Source: Candidatus Pacearchaeota archaeon
GTDB taxonomy: Archaea > Nanobdellota > Nanobdellia > Pacearchaeales > GW2011-AR1
NCBI GenBank assembly: GCA_016866975.1
Contig: VGKP01000002.1
Span: 32,942 to 96,941, forward strand
Direction: 5' to 3'
DNA length: 64,000 nucleotides
Every line of letters starts with the position of its first letter. Position 1 is the first letter of the stretch. Under the pieces are notes generated by a model that was not told the DNA's origin, searched no databases, and was given only the letters and a program-made list of their open reading frames with translations. This document shows, in pieces, positions 19,608-28,998 of this stretch. Made by a program: the position numbers and the translations under genes.

Positions 19608-20870
19608 ATGTTAGAGGAGTTCGTACAGTCCATCGCAGCTACAAATCTTAAATATATCCTAGTTTTCTTAGTAGCTCTCGCAGAGTCTATAATCTTCTTA
19701 AATCCCATAGTGCCCGGGCAGACTATTGTGGTGCTTGCAGGTATAGGTGCTCAACAAGGAATATTTAATCTTGGTTTGCTTATTGCAACTATCTTGATAG
19801 CGGTTGTTCTTGGAGATTGCATTACTTATTATATAGGCAGGAGATATGGCATGAATCTTCTTAAAAGATACGGGGGATTTTTTTTCTTCAAAAAAGAATA
19901 TCTTAACAAGACGCGGGCTCTGATGAGAGACCACCTTGGGAAGTCCATCCTGTTAGGCCACATGCACGGATTTACGAGGGCATTGGTGCCATTTATTTCA
20001 GGAGCGCATAGGTCTTCTTTCAAGAGATTCTTATTCTTTACATTTTTCGGAGCCCTTATCTGGACCCTATTCTCAGTTTTATTAGGATATTTTCTTGGGG
20101 AAAGCTATCATTATATAGAAAGGTATGCAGGTATAATAGTCCTTTTGATAATAATAAGCGCTTTGTCTTGGTACTACATAGCTTCATCTGTAAGTAAGAA
20201 GAATGCAATGTCTAATGAGAGCAAGATACTATGGATTTTGGGGATAGCAGGAATATTTTTCTTCTGGAGTATATTGAGGAATGTATCTCGAAAAGGATTT
20301 TGGATTACTCTAGACCAGTCTCTTTCATCAGCGGTCCAGAGACTGAACGACGAATTTTTGACATATGTAGCTAGATTTATTGAGGTCATCTTCGACGTGC
20401 AGGTTTTGATGGTTGTCTCAATAGTTATATTTTTCTGGTATATATTCAATAAGAAACATAGGGAAGCGACTTTCTTTGGAGCAGCAATGCTGGCAGGGGC
20501 ATTGATTCTTTACGGAATAAAAGAATGGATTCACAGGGCAAGGCCAGATTCAATAATAACATTGTCAGAAGGATTCTCTTTCCCAAGCGGTCATGCTACA
20601 ATAGCAACATTGTTCATAGGACTCTTGCTTTACGCATTTTGGAAGACTTCAATTTCAAGGAAGTATAAGATGTACTTGACAATATTTTCCATATTTCTTG
20701 TTGTGATGATAGGTGCAAGCAGGATTTACCTTAATGCTCACTGGCTCTCTGACGTGATAGCTGGATTTACATTGGGAGCAAGCATCCTGGTGTTTGCAAG
20801 GCTCTGTTATAATGCCTGGGATAGGATGTTCAAGAACAATAGGCTAAAGTTCCACACGTATAAGAAGTGA
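19608..20870 (+). CDS. Bifunctional DedA / PAP2 phosphatase membrane protein
   Basis: DedA: VPGQT, LGD..TYYIGR; PAP2: K..I.RARP, FSFPSGH, SRIYLNAHWLSDV. Confidence 0.93.
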   Translation: MLEEFVQSIAATNLKYILVFLVALAESIIFLNPIVPGQTIVVLAGIGAQQGIFNLGLLIATILIAVVLGDCITYYIGRRYGMNLLKRYGGFFFFKKEYLNKTRALMRDHLGKSILLGHMHGFTRALVPFISGAHRSSFKRFLFFTFFGALIWTLFSVLLGYFLGESYHYIERYAGIIVLLIIISALSWYYIASSVSKKNAMSNESKILWILGIAGIFFFWSILRNVSRKGFWITLDQSLSSAVQRLNDEFLTYVARFIEVIFDVQVLMVVSIVIFFWYIFNKKHREATFFGAAMLAGALILYGIKEWIHRARPDSIITLSEGFSFPSGHATIATLFIGLLLYAFWKTSISRKYKMYLTIFSIFLVVMIGASRIYLNAHWLSDVIAGFTLGASILVFARLCYNAWDRMFKNNRLKFHTYKK

Positions 20871-20921
20871 GCCTGTCGCGCCGCGTGCGACAGGCCCTTC
20901 ACCTCAGCCATGTGAGGTGAA
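20871..20921. terminator. 51-bp double hairpin between convergent genes
   Basis: gcctgtcgc-7nt-gcgacaggc, cc, ttcacctca-6nt-tgaggtgaa, starting right at the stop codon. Confidence 0.5.
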
Positions 20922-20965
20922 CATGATATTGATCTGAAAAAAGCTTATCTTTTAAAACTTTGTTA

Positions 20966-21682
20966 TTAGAATTTCCTTTGTGGAGTAAACAATGATCCTA
21001 GTGTCCCAATAGGGTCGGCATCGTACCAATAAATAACATGATTTCTAATAACCCCTAAATCTCGAGAGAGGTAATCTGGGTGGGTGACTCCTTTATCTGA
21101 GAGTTTTTTTCTAAATATTGCAGCTCTAGGAGATTTACCTTCGGAAAGTTGTACTGCCAAATAAACAATCTCTTCTAGAGCATCAAATTCTTTATCTAGC
21201 AAGGAACGAAAATCGTGCTTCCATTTCATCCAGTCCTTTTTTCTATTTGGATCTTGGCTCATTGCAACTGGTCTTTGCCGTAATGCATTGTGCATCTGCA
21301 CAGAATTCTCTAGGAGAGCATTAATGCGTTGGGCAGGACTTATCGATTTATCTCTCAAAGAAAATTCTTTATGTAGACCAAAAATATTCGCTAATAAAGA
21401 ATCTTGGCTAGCATTATACTTCTCTCTTAATTCATCAAGGTTTTCACCTATAAAGATATTTTGGCAACGATCCCTTACATATTGCAGAGCTAAATTATTT
21501 TTTAACTTTGAAGAAAGAGTCATTAAATCAGGACTATACCCTACAGAGACAGTAGAATATTTAAGAGGTTGAACATACCATGTATGGCTATAATCAAATT
21601 TAAAATCAGAGGCAGAGAGACTATAAAAAAGCGGTGCAACTGCAATAAATGGCAGGACTTTTCTCATTACGAAACTATGCAA
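20966..21682 (-). CDS. Hypothetical exported protein
   Basis: 238 aa with a hydrophobic N-terminus. Confidence 0.65.
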   Translation of the reverse strand: MHSFVMRKVLPFIAVAPLFYSLSASDFKFDYSHTWYVQPLKYSTVSVGYSPDLMTLSSKLKNNLALQYVRDRCQNIFIGENLDELREKYNASQDSLLANIFGLHKEFSLRDKSISPAQRINALLENSVQMHNALRQRPVAMSQDPNRKKDWMKWKHDFRSLLDKEFDALEEIVYLAVQLSEGKSPRAAIFRKKLSDKGVTHPDYLSRDLGVIRNHVIYWYDADPIGTLGSLFTPQRKF

Positions 21683-21785
21683 TAAAGATTTATAATCTTA
21701 TCTAGTATTGGAAGATAAGAGATAAGCATTATACTTTCATAATGTACTCGGATAGATATAAAAACACTCTCAACTTTATCAAAAT

Positions 21786-23486
21786 ATGGCTCAAGAGGTG
21801 TTATGGTCTTTAAGTATTATTCTTGGTATTGTAGCAATAACCACAGTTATAGCAAGGATGATAAAGCAGCCTCCAATAATCGCATACCTAATTGCAGGGA
21901 TAATTGTAGGCCCCTTGTTTCTAAAATTTCTTAGCCCCATCAGTCCATCTGCAGAGATTATTCAAATATTTTCCCATATTGGTGTGGCATTTCTTCTTTT
22001 TATAGTAGGTCTATCTCTTGATTTTAGGGTATTGAAGGAGATAGGAGGCGTTGCAAGCGCGGCAGGGTTTGCAGAAATTCTCTTGACGGGAGTTATAGGG
22101 GGATTTATCGCTATAGGTATAGGTTTCTCTTCATTGACAGCACTTTATATTGGTGCAGCCCTTGCCTTTTCATCTACAGTTGTCGTAGTCAAGATACTCT
22201 CAGACAAGAAAGAAATAGATACTCTCCATGGCCGCATCGCTCTGGGTATACTCATAGTTGAAGATTTTATTGCCAGCATAGCACTGATGTTGGTCCCTCT
22301 TTTAAATGAGGGTGGCGGATTGTACTCTATTTTGTATAAGGTAGTGATTGTGGTGGCCCTCATAGGAGTAGTTTTCTTGGGAGCCACATTTGTATTAGGC
22401 AGATTTATGAATTATCTCTCTAGGAACCAGGAAGTGCTTTTCTTGTTCGGCATAGCTTGGGCATTGCTTCTTGCATCACTTTTTGATTATCTTGGATTTT
22501 CTCTTGAGATAGGGGCATTGATTGCAGGCATGTCTCTCGCTTCAAGTAAATATACTATGGATCTTGGAAGCAAGATGAAGCCATTAAGGGATTTCTTTGT
22601 AGTGTTATTCTTTGTATTCTTCGGAAGTCAGCTTGCAGGTACCATTTCCTGGAATCTCGTCCAGAATGCAGCCCTTCTTTCATTGTTCATTATAATAGGT
22701 AAGCCAGTTATAGTGATGAGTATCTTGAGGATTTTTGGATATAAGAAAAGGACAAATTTTCTTGCAGGTTCAAGTCTTGCCCAGATAAGCGAGTTCTCAC
22801 TTATCCTTATACTGTTGGGCTTTACTCTAGGTCATGTACCGCAGGAGATTATGAACTTGGCAATTTTGGTAGCGATAATAACTATAGGGATAAGCAGTTA
22901 TGGGATGTATTATGCACATTCGATATTCAATAAGATAAGCCACATGCTCAATGTATTTGAAGGCAAGAGCCCTCACTCAATTAAGAATGTAGAGAACAAT
23001 TACGACGTGGTGCTTATAGGCTATCATAGGATGGGATACAAGATACTTGGTTCTTTGAAGAAAATAAAATCTCCATTTATAGTGGTCGACCATAATCCCA
23101 AAGTCATTCTTTCACTTTCAAAATGGGGAGTGAACTGCATCTATGGAGATGCAAGCGATAAAGATTTCTTGAGGCAGCTTGAGTTGCACAAGGTAAAACT
23201 GATAATATCCACAATTCCTGAACCAGAGCCAAACAGAGCAATACAAGAATATCTAAATGAGAATGGAATAAAGTCCGCATTCATAGCGACTGCAGAACAG
23301 CCCAGGGAAGCTTTCAGCTTATATGATCAAGGAGTTGATTATGTCCTTATTCCTCATCATCTCGGAGGCGAGTATGCTGCCCACATACTTGAGAAATTCA
23401 AGACTAACAAGAATCTTTACAAGCAGCTTGGGAAAAGGCATAGTGAACAGCTTAAGAAAGGCAAGGATCACTCAGAGTATCTTTAA
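21786..23486 (+). CDS. CPA2/Kef-type cation:proton antiporter with C-terminal TrkA-N (RCK) domain
   Basis: Many TMs, SSTVVVVKIL, ILIVED; IGYHRMG...VVDHN...GDA in the RCK domain. Confidence 0.92.
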   Translation: MAQEVLWSLSIILGIVAITTVIARMIKQPPIIAYLIAGIIVGPLFLKFLSPISPSAEIIQIFSHIGVAFLLFIVGLSLDFRVLKEIGGVASAAGFAEILLTGVIGGFIAIGIGFSSLTALYIGAALAFSSTVVVVKILSDKKEIDTLHGRIALGILIVEDFIASIALMLVPLLNEGGGLYSILYKVVIVVALIGVVFLGATFVLGRFMNYLSRNQEVLFLFGIAWALLLASLFDYLGFSLEIGALIAGMSLASSKYTMDLGSKMKPLRDFFVVLFFVFFGSQLAGTISWNLVQNAALLSLFIIIGKPVIVMSILRIFGYKKRTNFLAGSSLAQISEFSLILILLGFTLGHVPQEIMNLAILVAIITIGISSYGMYYAHSIFNKISHMLNVFEGKSPHSIKNVENNYDVVLIGYHRMGYKILGSLKKIKSPFIVVDHNPKVILSLSKWGVNCIYGDASDKDFLRQLELHKVKLIISTIPEPEPNRAIQEYLNENGIKSAFIATAEQPREAFSLYDQGVDYVLIPHHLGGEYAAHILEKFKTNKNLYKQLGKRHSEQLKKGKDHSEYL

Positions 23487-23494
23487 TAAGGGCT

Positions 23495-23723
23495 CTAGGG
23501 AACCTCGGCATCTTAAAGGGAGTTGACCCACAAGACGTCAGGAATAAAAGATTCCTGAGCGCGCTCAAGGACTTCGTCCTTGACGACCGTAGGTTTCTTA
23601 AAGGGAGTTGACCCACAAGAACCGTAGGTTCTTAGGAAGTTGACCCAAAAGGCCTCAAGAATCTGCCGATTCTTGACGGTCATCAGGGATTATAAATCCC
23701 TGAGAGAAACTTGGTTCCCTTAG
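23495..23723. repeat. Intergenic nest: ~34-bp tandem units with two 50/52-bp double-hairpin inserts, bracketed by inverted repeats
   Basis: Units cttaaagggagttgacccacaagaaccgtagg (x2 plus a degenerate third); inserts 23536-23585 and 23653-23704; tagggaacc ... ggttccct brackets. Confidence 0.8.
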
Positions 23724-23753
23724 GTTTAAATATCAGAGATTGCTAGTCGGACA

Positions 23754-25016
23754 ATGCTCGATATCAGGCTGTTCCGTGAAAATCCTCAGATAATCAAAGA
23801 GAGTCAAAAGAAAAGAGGAATGCCTACTGAAGAAGTAGATCTTGTGATGAAGTTGGACAATGAATGGAGGGCGCTCAAAGCAGAAGTTGACCACTTAAGA
23901 AATAAGCGCAATCAGGTTTCTAAGGAAATTAGCGAATTGAAGAAGAAAAGAAAGAAGGCAGACACGTTACTCAAAGAAGCAAAAAAGATTCCGAAGATGC
24001 TTATAGAGAAGGAGAACAAGATGAAGGAGCTTAATGAGAAACGCGACAATATTCTCAAAGAAATACCTAATATCATCGATCAATCTGTTCCACTCGGAGA
24101 CGCTTCTCATAAAAAAGTCATCCTCGAGCATGGTAAGAATAAGTCAACATTCACTCATAAAGATCATGCAGATATTCTTGAAGCGCTCGATATGCTCGAC
24201 ACGCAAAAAGCATCTAATGTTGCAGGATCGCGCTTCTACTACTTGAAAGGTGACCTTGTGAAGCTCAATCTGGCCATTATGAGTTTTGCCTTAGATATCT
24301 TGCAGAAGAAAAGATTCACACTGGTGCAGCCACCGTATATGCTCCGCAAAGCAGCTCTTGAAGCAGCGCTGCCCCTCAAGGCATTTGAGGAAATGATTTA
24401 TAAAATTGAAGGGGAGGACTTGTACTTAATAGGCACTGCGGAGCATGCGCTCAATGCATATGGCATTAATACCACATTCTCACCTGCAGAGCTTCCGCTT
24501 CGCCTTGCAGGGATTTCTCCTTGTTTTAGGAAGGAAGCGGGCTCGCACGGCAAGGACACGAAAGGCATATTTAGGATCCATCAGTTTGAGAAGATCGAAC
24601 AGTTTATTTTCTGCAAGCCTGAAGATTCATGGAGAGAGTTTGATCTCATCCTCAAAAATTCAGAGGAAATTCTCAAGGCTCTTGAAATCCCCTTCCGGTT
24701 TGTCATCCTCTCATCTCAAGACATGGGGCGCGTTCCTACTAAAACGGTGGACTTTGAAGGTTGGTTCCCAAGCCAGAATGCTTACCGCGAACTGGGGTCA
24801 TGCTCAAATTGTTTAGACTATCAGGCGCGGAGGAGCAACACCAAGTATCAGGACAATAATGAATTCACATTCGTGCACACTCTTAATAACACAGCCATTG
24901 CAACTGAGCGCATGATGGCTTGCATTATAGATAATAACCAGCAGAAAGACGGCACAATAAAGATTCCAGAAGTCCTTCAGCCCTACATGAACGGCAAGAA
25001 AGTGATAGGAAATTAA
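23754..25016 (+). CDS. serS: Seryl-tRNA synthetase
   Basis: MLDIRLFREN coiled-coil arm; LIGTAEH; FRKEAGSHGKDTKGIFRIHQFEKIE; ELGSCSNC; HTLNNTAIA.ER. Confidence 0.97.
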   Translation: MLDIRLFRENPQIIKESQKKRGMPTEEVDLVMKLDNEWRALKAEVDHLRNKRNQVSKEISELKKKRKKADTLLKEAKKIPKMLIEKENKMKELNEKRDNILKEIPNIIDQSVPLGDASHKKVILEHGKNKSTFTHKDHADILEALDMLDTQKASNVAGSRFYYLKGDLVKLNLAIMSFALDILQKKRFTLVQPPYMLRKAALEAALPLKAFEEMIYKIEGEDLYLIGTAEHALNAYGINTTFSPAELPLRLAGISPCFRKEAGSHGKDTKGIFRIHQFEKIEQFIFCKPEDSWREFDLILKNSEEILKALEIPFRFVILSSQDMGRVPTKTVDFEGWFPSQNAYRELGSCSNCLDYQARRSNTKYQDNNEFTFVHTLNNTAIATERMMACIIDNNQQKDGTIKIPEVLQPYMNGKKVIGN

Positions 25017-25063
25017 GAAGAGAAAACAATTATCTTTAAAAGTGGGCATTCATCTTCTTTGAG

Positions 25064-26500
25064 ATGAATTTTAATTGGATTTTTAATCGTGATGAAAAAG
25101 TACCGCTCAATAATGATTCTTCGGAGAGAGTGGAAGGATTTGAGCACGAGTATGCGATTGAATTTGATGAGATCGCTGATAAAGATGAAAGAGACAACTA
25201 TATTGTGCAGAAATTACGGGGAGCGGAGGGCGTTAATGCCCCCAATGTTTATGGTATGCCTGCGCGGCACCGTTTTAATGGAGGAAGAGTGCACATTGAT
25301 ATGAAACATCTTGAAGGGTGTACACCAGAAGTTACGAATACATTGGATTTACTGAAATACGATCGAGAGTTAGACCTGTTTGTTCTTGATCTCTTTGGCC
25401 CAGCATACAAACCACGAATTTACAAAATGAGTAGGGACGCTCGCGATACATTTGGCGGACTTCACAGAAACATCATGACTAGGCTTAAACCCGATGTTCG
25501 GGACAGAGAATCACTCTTACTTTGGGCAGTAGTGGAGAAAGTTCTCAATGGAACAGGTTACCAGAATCCTGATGGCCAATACGAACTGCTTCAACGTCGC
25601 ACATACATAGGAGATGCTCTATCAGACAACTCTACAGGGGGCAAAGGATCTCGGCCACTTCTTAATCTTAGGGAAGAGAGACACTGTAAGGTAGATGGAT
25701 GGTACCGTTTTCATGATATTGCAGGCGATGGTAACATGAATCAGGTAGCACTTGCTCTTAGCCAGGTGCTCTGGAAATGTGTTCTACAGCTAGCAGAAGA
25801 AGATAAGCTGCCAAGAATCCCATATTATTCAGGAAAGCATTCAAATGAAGCCGTACGCGATATGGATAGCATTTGCTGCCGCCACAGTGACTGGACTCTC
25901 AAAGGAACACCTCTTGAATTTAGATCTCTCACTTCTGTCTATCGCGAATTCTACAAAGTCATTAGAGGAGAGCTCTATGGTCAGAATACATTTACTGACA
26001 AAATAATTGATGTATTTGGAGACACAATTCCTGCTCTAGATAATATCAATAATGATCCCTATGCTCTTGCAGGAAGGCTCGATTGGGTGGGAAAGAAATT
26101 CATGATTGAATATTTTATGGGTGCAACAGGAAGAGGTCCTGAAAGCAATGAAGTACAGAGCCTTAATGTAGATTATCACCGTATTGACGAAGGAGGTTTG
26201 TTCCATCTTACACGTTTAAACGATGGGTGGATTGAGAACGAGGTTTCGGATAAAGAGGCGCGCACCGCCAGAAATACTCCTCCATTGACACGGGCGCATG
26301 CACGAGGAGAAATTGCACAAGCATTCTCAGAGATTGCCATGAAGAATGGATTATCCATTCTTGTTGACTGGGAATCAATTGCTCTTTACAATAAAAGTAC
26401 ATCTCCTGTCTGGACGTGCAATTTTCCCAGACCAGCACACACTTATGTTGAATGCGTGAGTGAATTCAAAAGTTTCATCAGTAATTGTTCCAAGGCATAA
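25064..26500 (+). CDS. Pup-ligase/deamidase (PafA/Dop family) homolog 1
   Basis: GFEHEY, NGGRVHIDMKHLEGCTPE, VLNGTG, LQR, SRPLLNLREERH, YRFHDIAGDGNM, RLDWVGK, DYH, PPLTRAHARG occur in PafA/Dop motif order. Confidence 0.85.
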   Translation: MNFNWIFNRDEKVPLNNDSSERVEGFEHEYAIEFDEIADKDERDNYIVQKLRGAEGVNAPNVYGMPARHRFNGGRVHIDMKHLEGCTPEVTNTLDLLKYDRELDLFVLDLFGPAYKPRIYKMSRDARDTFGGLHRNIMTRLKPDVRDRESLLLWAVVEKVLNGTGYQNPDGQYELLQRRTYIGDALSDNSTGGKGSRPLLNLREERHCKVDGWYRFHDIAGDGNMNQVALALSQVLWKCVLQLAEEDKLPRIPYYSGKHSNEAVRDMDSICCRHSDWTLKGTPLEFRSLTSVYREFYKVIRGELYGQNTFTDKIIDVFGDTIPALDNINNDPYALAGRLDWVGKKFMIEYFMGATGRGPESNEVQSLNVDYHRIDEGGLFHLTRLNDGWIENEVSDKEARTARNTPPLTRAHARGEIAQAFSEIAMKNGLSILVDWESIALYNKSTSPVWTCNFPRPAHTYVECVSEFKSFISNCSKA

Positions 26501-26631
26501 ATTATTACTTTAAAATTCGTGGGGCCGTGGGTCAGTTTAGCAAAGCTTAAACCTTCGGGAGGTATGCACCTCATACACCAAATAAGCAATATAAACATAT
26601 AAAATATTAAAAAGGGTTTATATTTGCCAAA

Positions 26632-28101
26632 TTGATGAAAGACAGGATTACACCTCGCGAAGCATTGGAAAGAAAAGCTGCCCCTCTCGTGTTTTTTGAC
26701 CATATTCCTCAATATAACCGGAATCGAATAATCTCGAGTGAACAGGAGAATGGGCAGAAATTAAGGAAAAAAGTGCATAAGGATTACGAAAAGAAAAGTG
26801 GTTGGGAGACCGAATTTACAGCATACTTGTCTGGATTTCTGCCAGATGTGGTGAGTCTTGGGGGAAGGATATATGCAGATGCAAACCATGTAGAGTTTGC
26901 ACGGGCGGAATGCTCAAGCCCTCTGGAAGCAGTTGTTCACGAGGATGCTTTTGACAGGTTCGGTTTTAATCTTCTCACAGGCACCTTGAGACTTGTTCGT
27001 AAGCTCTATAAGAACAGTATAGATTTTGGCAATCCGAAAAGGAATTCTCCTCCTGTAAGCTTCGGCTTCCACGAAAATTACAGCACAAAAATAATGTTTG
27101 GCCAAAGCAATCCTTCAGGTTTGTTGGCATTGGTTCCTCACCTAATATCTCGTACAATCTTTGGGGGTGCAGGATCATTACATAAGGCAAATAAATTTTT
27201 AAGGGCCCAGCGCTCTCTCTTTGTTAATAAATTGTGGAGCTTTAATGCTATCAAGGACGAAAGAGGGATAATCTGCACTCGCGTACAGCCACACACAGAG
27301 ATTTCTGGTCTTCAGAGGCTACAACTTACTTGTGGAGACGCCCTTATATCTCCAGTAAATCGCTTCCTTCTTTATGGCACAACAGCAACGGTAGTTGACC
27401 TAATAGAAGATAGGATAATTCCATTATGTGATTATGACACAAGCTACGCAGTTGAAGATTTTCATGGAATAACTTATGACCCTGAGAACTATATATTAAG
27501 AGGGTTCCCATCTAAGAATTGGACTGCTCTGGATGTACAAAGGAGGATTCTTGATAGTGCAATTAAGTCTTACTCGCATAGGGATCCTCAGACAAATGCC
27601 ATTCTGTTTCTATGGGAAGATACTCTTAATAAGTTGGAATATGATCCATTTCAGCTTGTTGGAAGGCTAGATGCAATTACCAAGAAAGCATTATATACTT
27701 GTCTTGATGAGAGATTTCCAGATGTCCCTGAAGATTCTTTTTGGCAGATGAGGGGCATAGACATGAATTATCACGATATTAATCCAAACTATAGTATTTT
27801 TCAGGTAATGCGTTCCGAGGGGATTATGGAGGATTTATATTCCAATAAATTATTTTCATGGTATATGCAAAATCCGCCTCCAAAAACCAGGGCGCATTTT
27901 AGGGGCAATCTTGCAAAAATTCTAATTAGGGCAAAAGAGGATTTAGCAGTCCTTGATGGAGATGAATGGGATAAATGCGTTCCATTATCAGATATCTACA
28001 ATATTTATCCGAATCTATGGGATTTAGATCTTTCTATAGATGACCCGTTTAATTCTTACAATGATCGTCTCACAGAGATAAAGGGAATTTTATCTCATTA
28101 A
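26632..28101 (+). CDS. Pup-ligase/deamidase (PafA/Dop family) homolog 2
   Basis: GWETEF, GGRIYADANHVEFARAEC, LYKNSID, SFGFHENY, ISRTIFGGAG, AQR, RGIICTR..PH, RLQLTCGD, GRLDAITKK, DMNYHDI, PPKTRAHFRG. Confidence 0.9.
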   Translation: MMKDRITPREALERKAAPLVFFDHIPQYNRNRIISSEQENGQKLRKKVHKDYEKKSGWETEFTAYLSGFLPDVVSLGGRIYADANHVEFARAECSSPLEAVVHEDAFDRFGFNLLTGTLRLVRKLYKNSIDFGNPKRNSPPVSFGFHENYSTKIMFGQSNPSGLLALVPHLISRTIFGGAGSLHKANKFLRAQRSLFVNKLWSFNAIKDERGIICTRVQPHTEISGLQRLQLTCGDALISPVNRFLLYGTTATVVDLIEDRIIPLCDYDTSYAVEDFHGITYDPENYILRGFPSKNWTALDVQRRILDSAIKSYSHRDPQTNAILFLWEDTLNKLEYDPFQLVGRLDAITKKALYTCLDERFPDVPEDSFWQMRGIDMNYHDINPNYSIFQVMRSEGIMEDLYSNKLFSWYMQNPPPKTRAHFRGNLAKILIRAKEDLAVLDGDEWDKCVPLSDIYNIYPNLWDLDLSIDDPFNSYNDRLTEIKGILSH

Positions 28102-28120
28102 CTTAAACGAGCCTAATTAT

Positions 28121-28238
28121 GTCGGGAACCGATGAAAATCACACCTTTCAAGGTATGGTGGTTCCCGAGCATCTCCAAAAACGAGCGCCTGCAACAAACC
28201 TCGGCTTTTAAGCCGAGGTGGCGCATCGTTTTTGTGAT
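28121..28238 (+). mobile_element. Divergent PATE-like element, copy 4 (118 bp)
   Basis: TTAT|gtcgggaac...gttcccgagcat...caaa cctcggc-ttttaa-gccgagg...gTGAT; compensatory changes in both stems. Confidence 0.8.
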
Positions 28239-28773
28239 ATTTATATATACATAGAAGAAATTGATGATGGAAATAGATATAATTCAGGTAATGAGTGATT
28301 AAGATGGAAAATGTTCTCTTGAAAATCAGGCAGAACTTAAACAAGTTACAATTAGGAGAATTTATTATTGCAGAGATCTGTTAAGGTTCTTAGATGAAAG
28401 TAACAGGACAAATGTCTATATTCTTGATGGATTTTTTATCTTTCAAGGAAGGTCCAGATTACGGGCCAGATTTTGTTACAGAGACAGCAACTGAAACCAT
28501 AAAGGGGAGAGATGCATCCCCATTTATTCTCCGGTGCGCAAACTCACCTCAAGAGAAAAAAGCAAGAGAATTTGGCGTGAAATTTTTATAAGAGGTTTTC
28601 ACAATAATGGAAAAGTTTTGCAGAGAGTTCAGCAACTTCTTCAAAATGCCAATAAAAACCAAAATTCAAGGAAAAATCACTTCAGCATCCAGCATTTATG
28701 CCTAGAAAAGGCAAAGACTCCAATCAACAGCTGTCTTTATTTTAAATAAATTAAAAAGTAAGGAAATGTGTTT

Positions 28774-28998
28774 TTATTCAGTTATTTTATCGATGATTGC
28801 AAGCACAGCTCCCACTATTGTAAGGACTACAACAATCCATCCTGCGACTTGAGTTGTGGTCTCTAATTCAGGTATATACAATACTCCCTCGATCATTCCA
28901 AATCCTACAGCAAGTGATACCAATATTCCAGTTATCCAGAGTATTACGCCTAGAAGGATAGTAAGTGCCCGATTAGATCCTCTTCCATTTTTTGCCAT
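28774..28998 (-). CDS. Small two-TM membrane protein
   Basis: 74 aa, two hydrophobic helices, GGTGA SD upstream. Confidence 0.75.
   Translation of the reverse strand: MAKNGRGSNRALTILLGVILWITGILVSLAVGFGMIEGVLYIPELETTTQVAGWIVVVLTIVGAVLAIIDKITE

Noticed and set aside
23510-23650. CRISPR-like ~34-bp repeats
   Set aside because: Units are head-to-tail with no unique spacers; the only intervening DNA is the 50-bp hairpin unit; no cas genes in the window.
28394-28591. 65-aa ORF near the ligases as Pup
   Set aside because: Ends GVKFL with no terminal Glu/Gln; better explained as part of a frameshifted relic.
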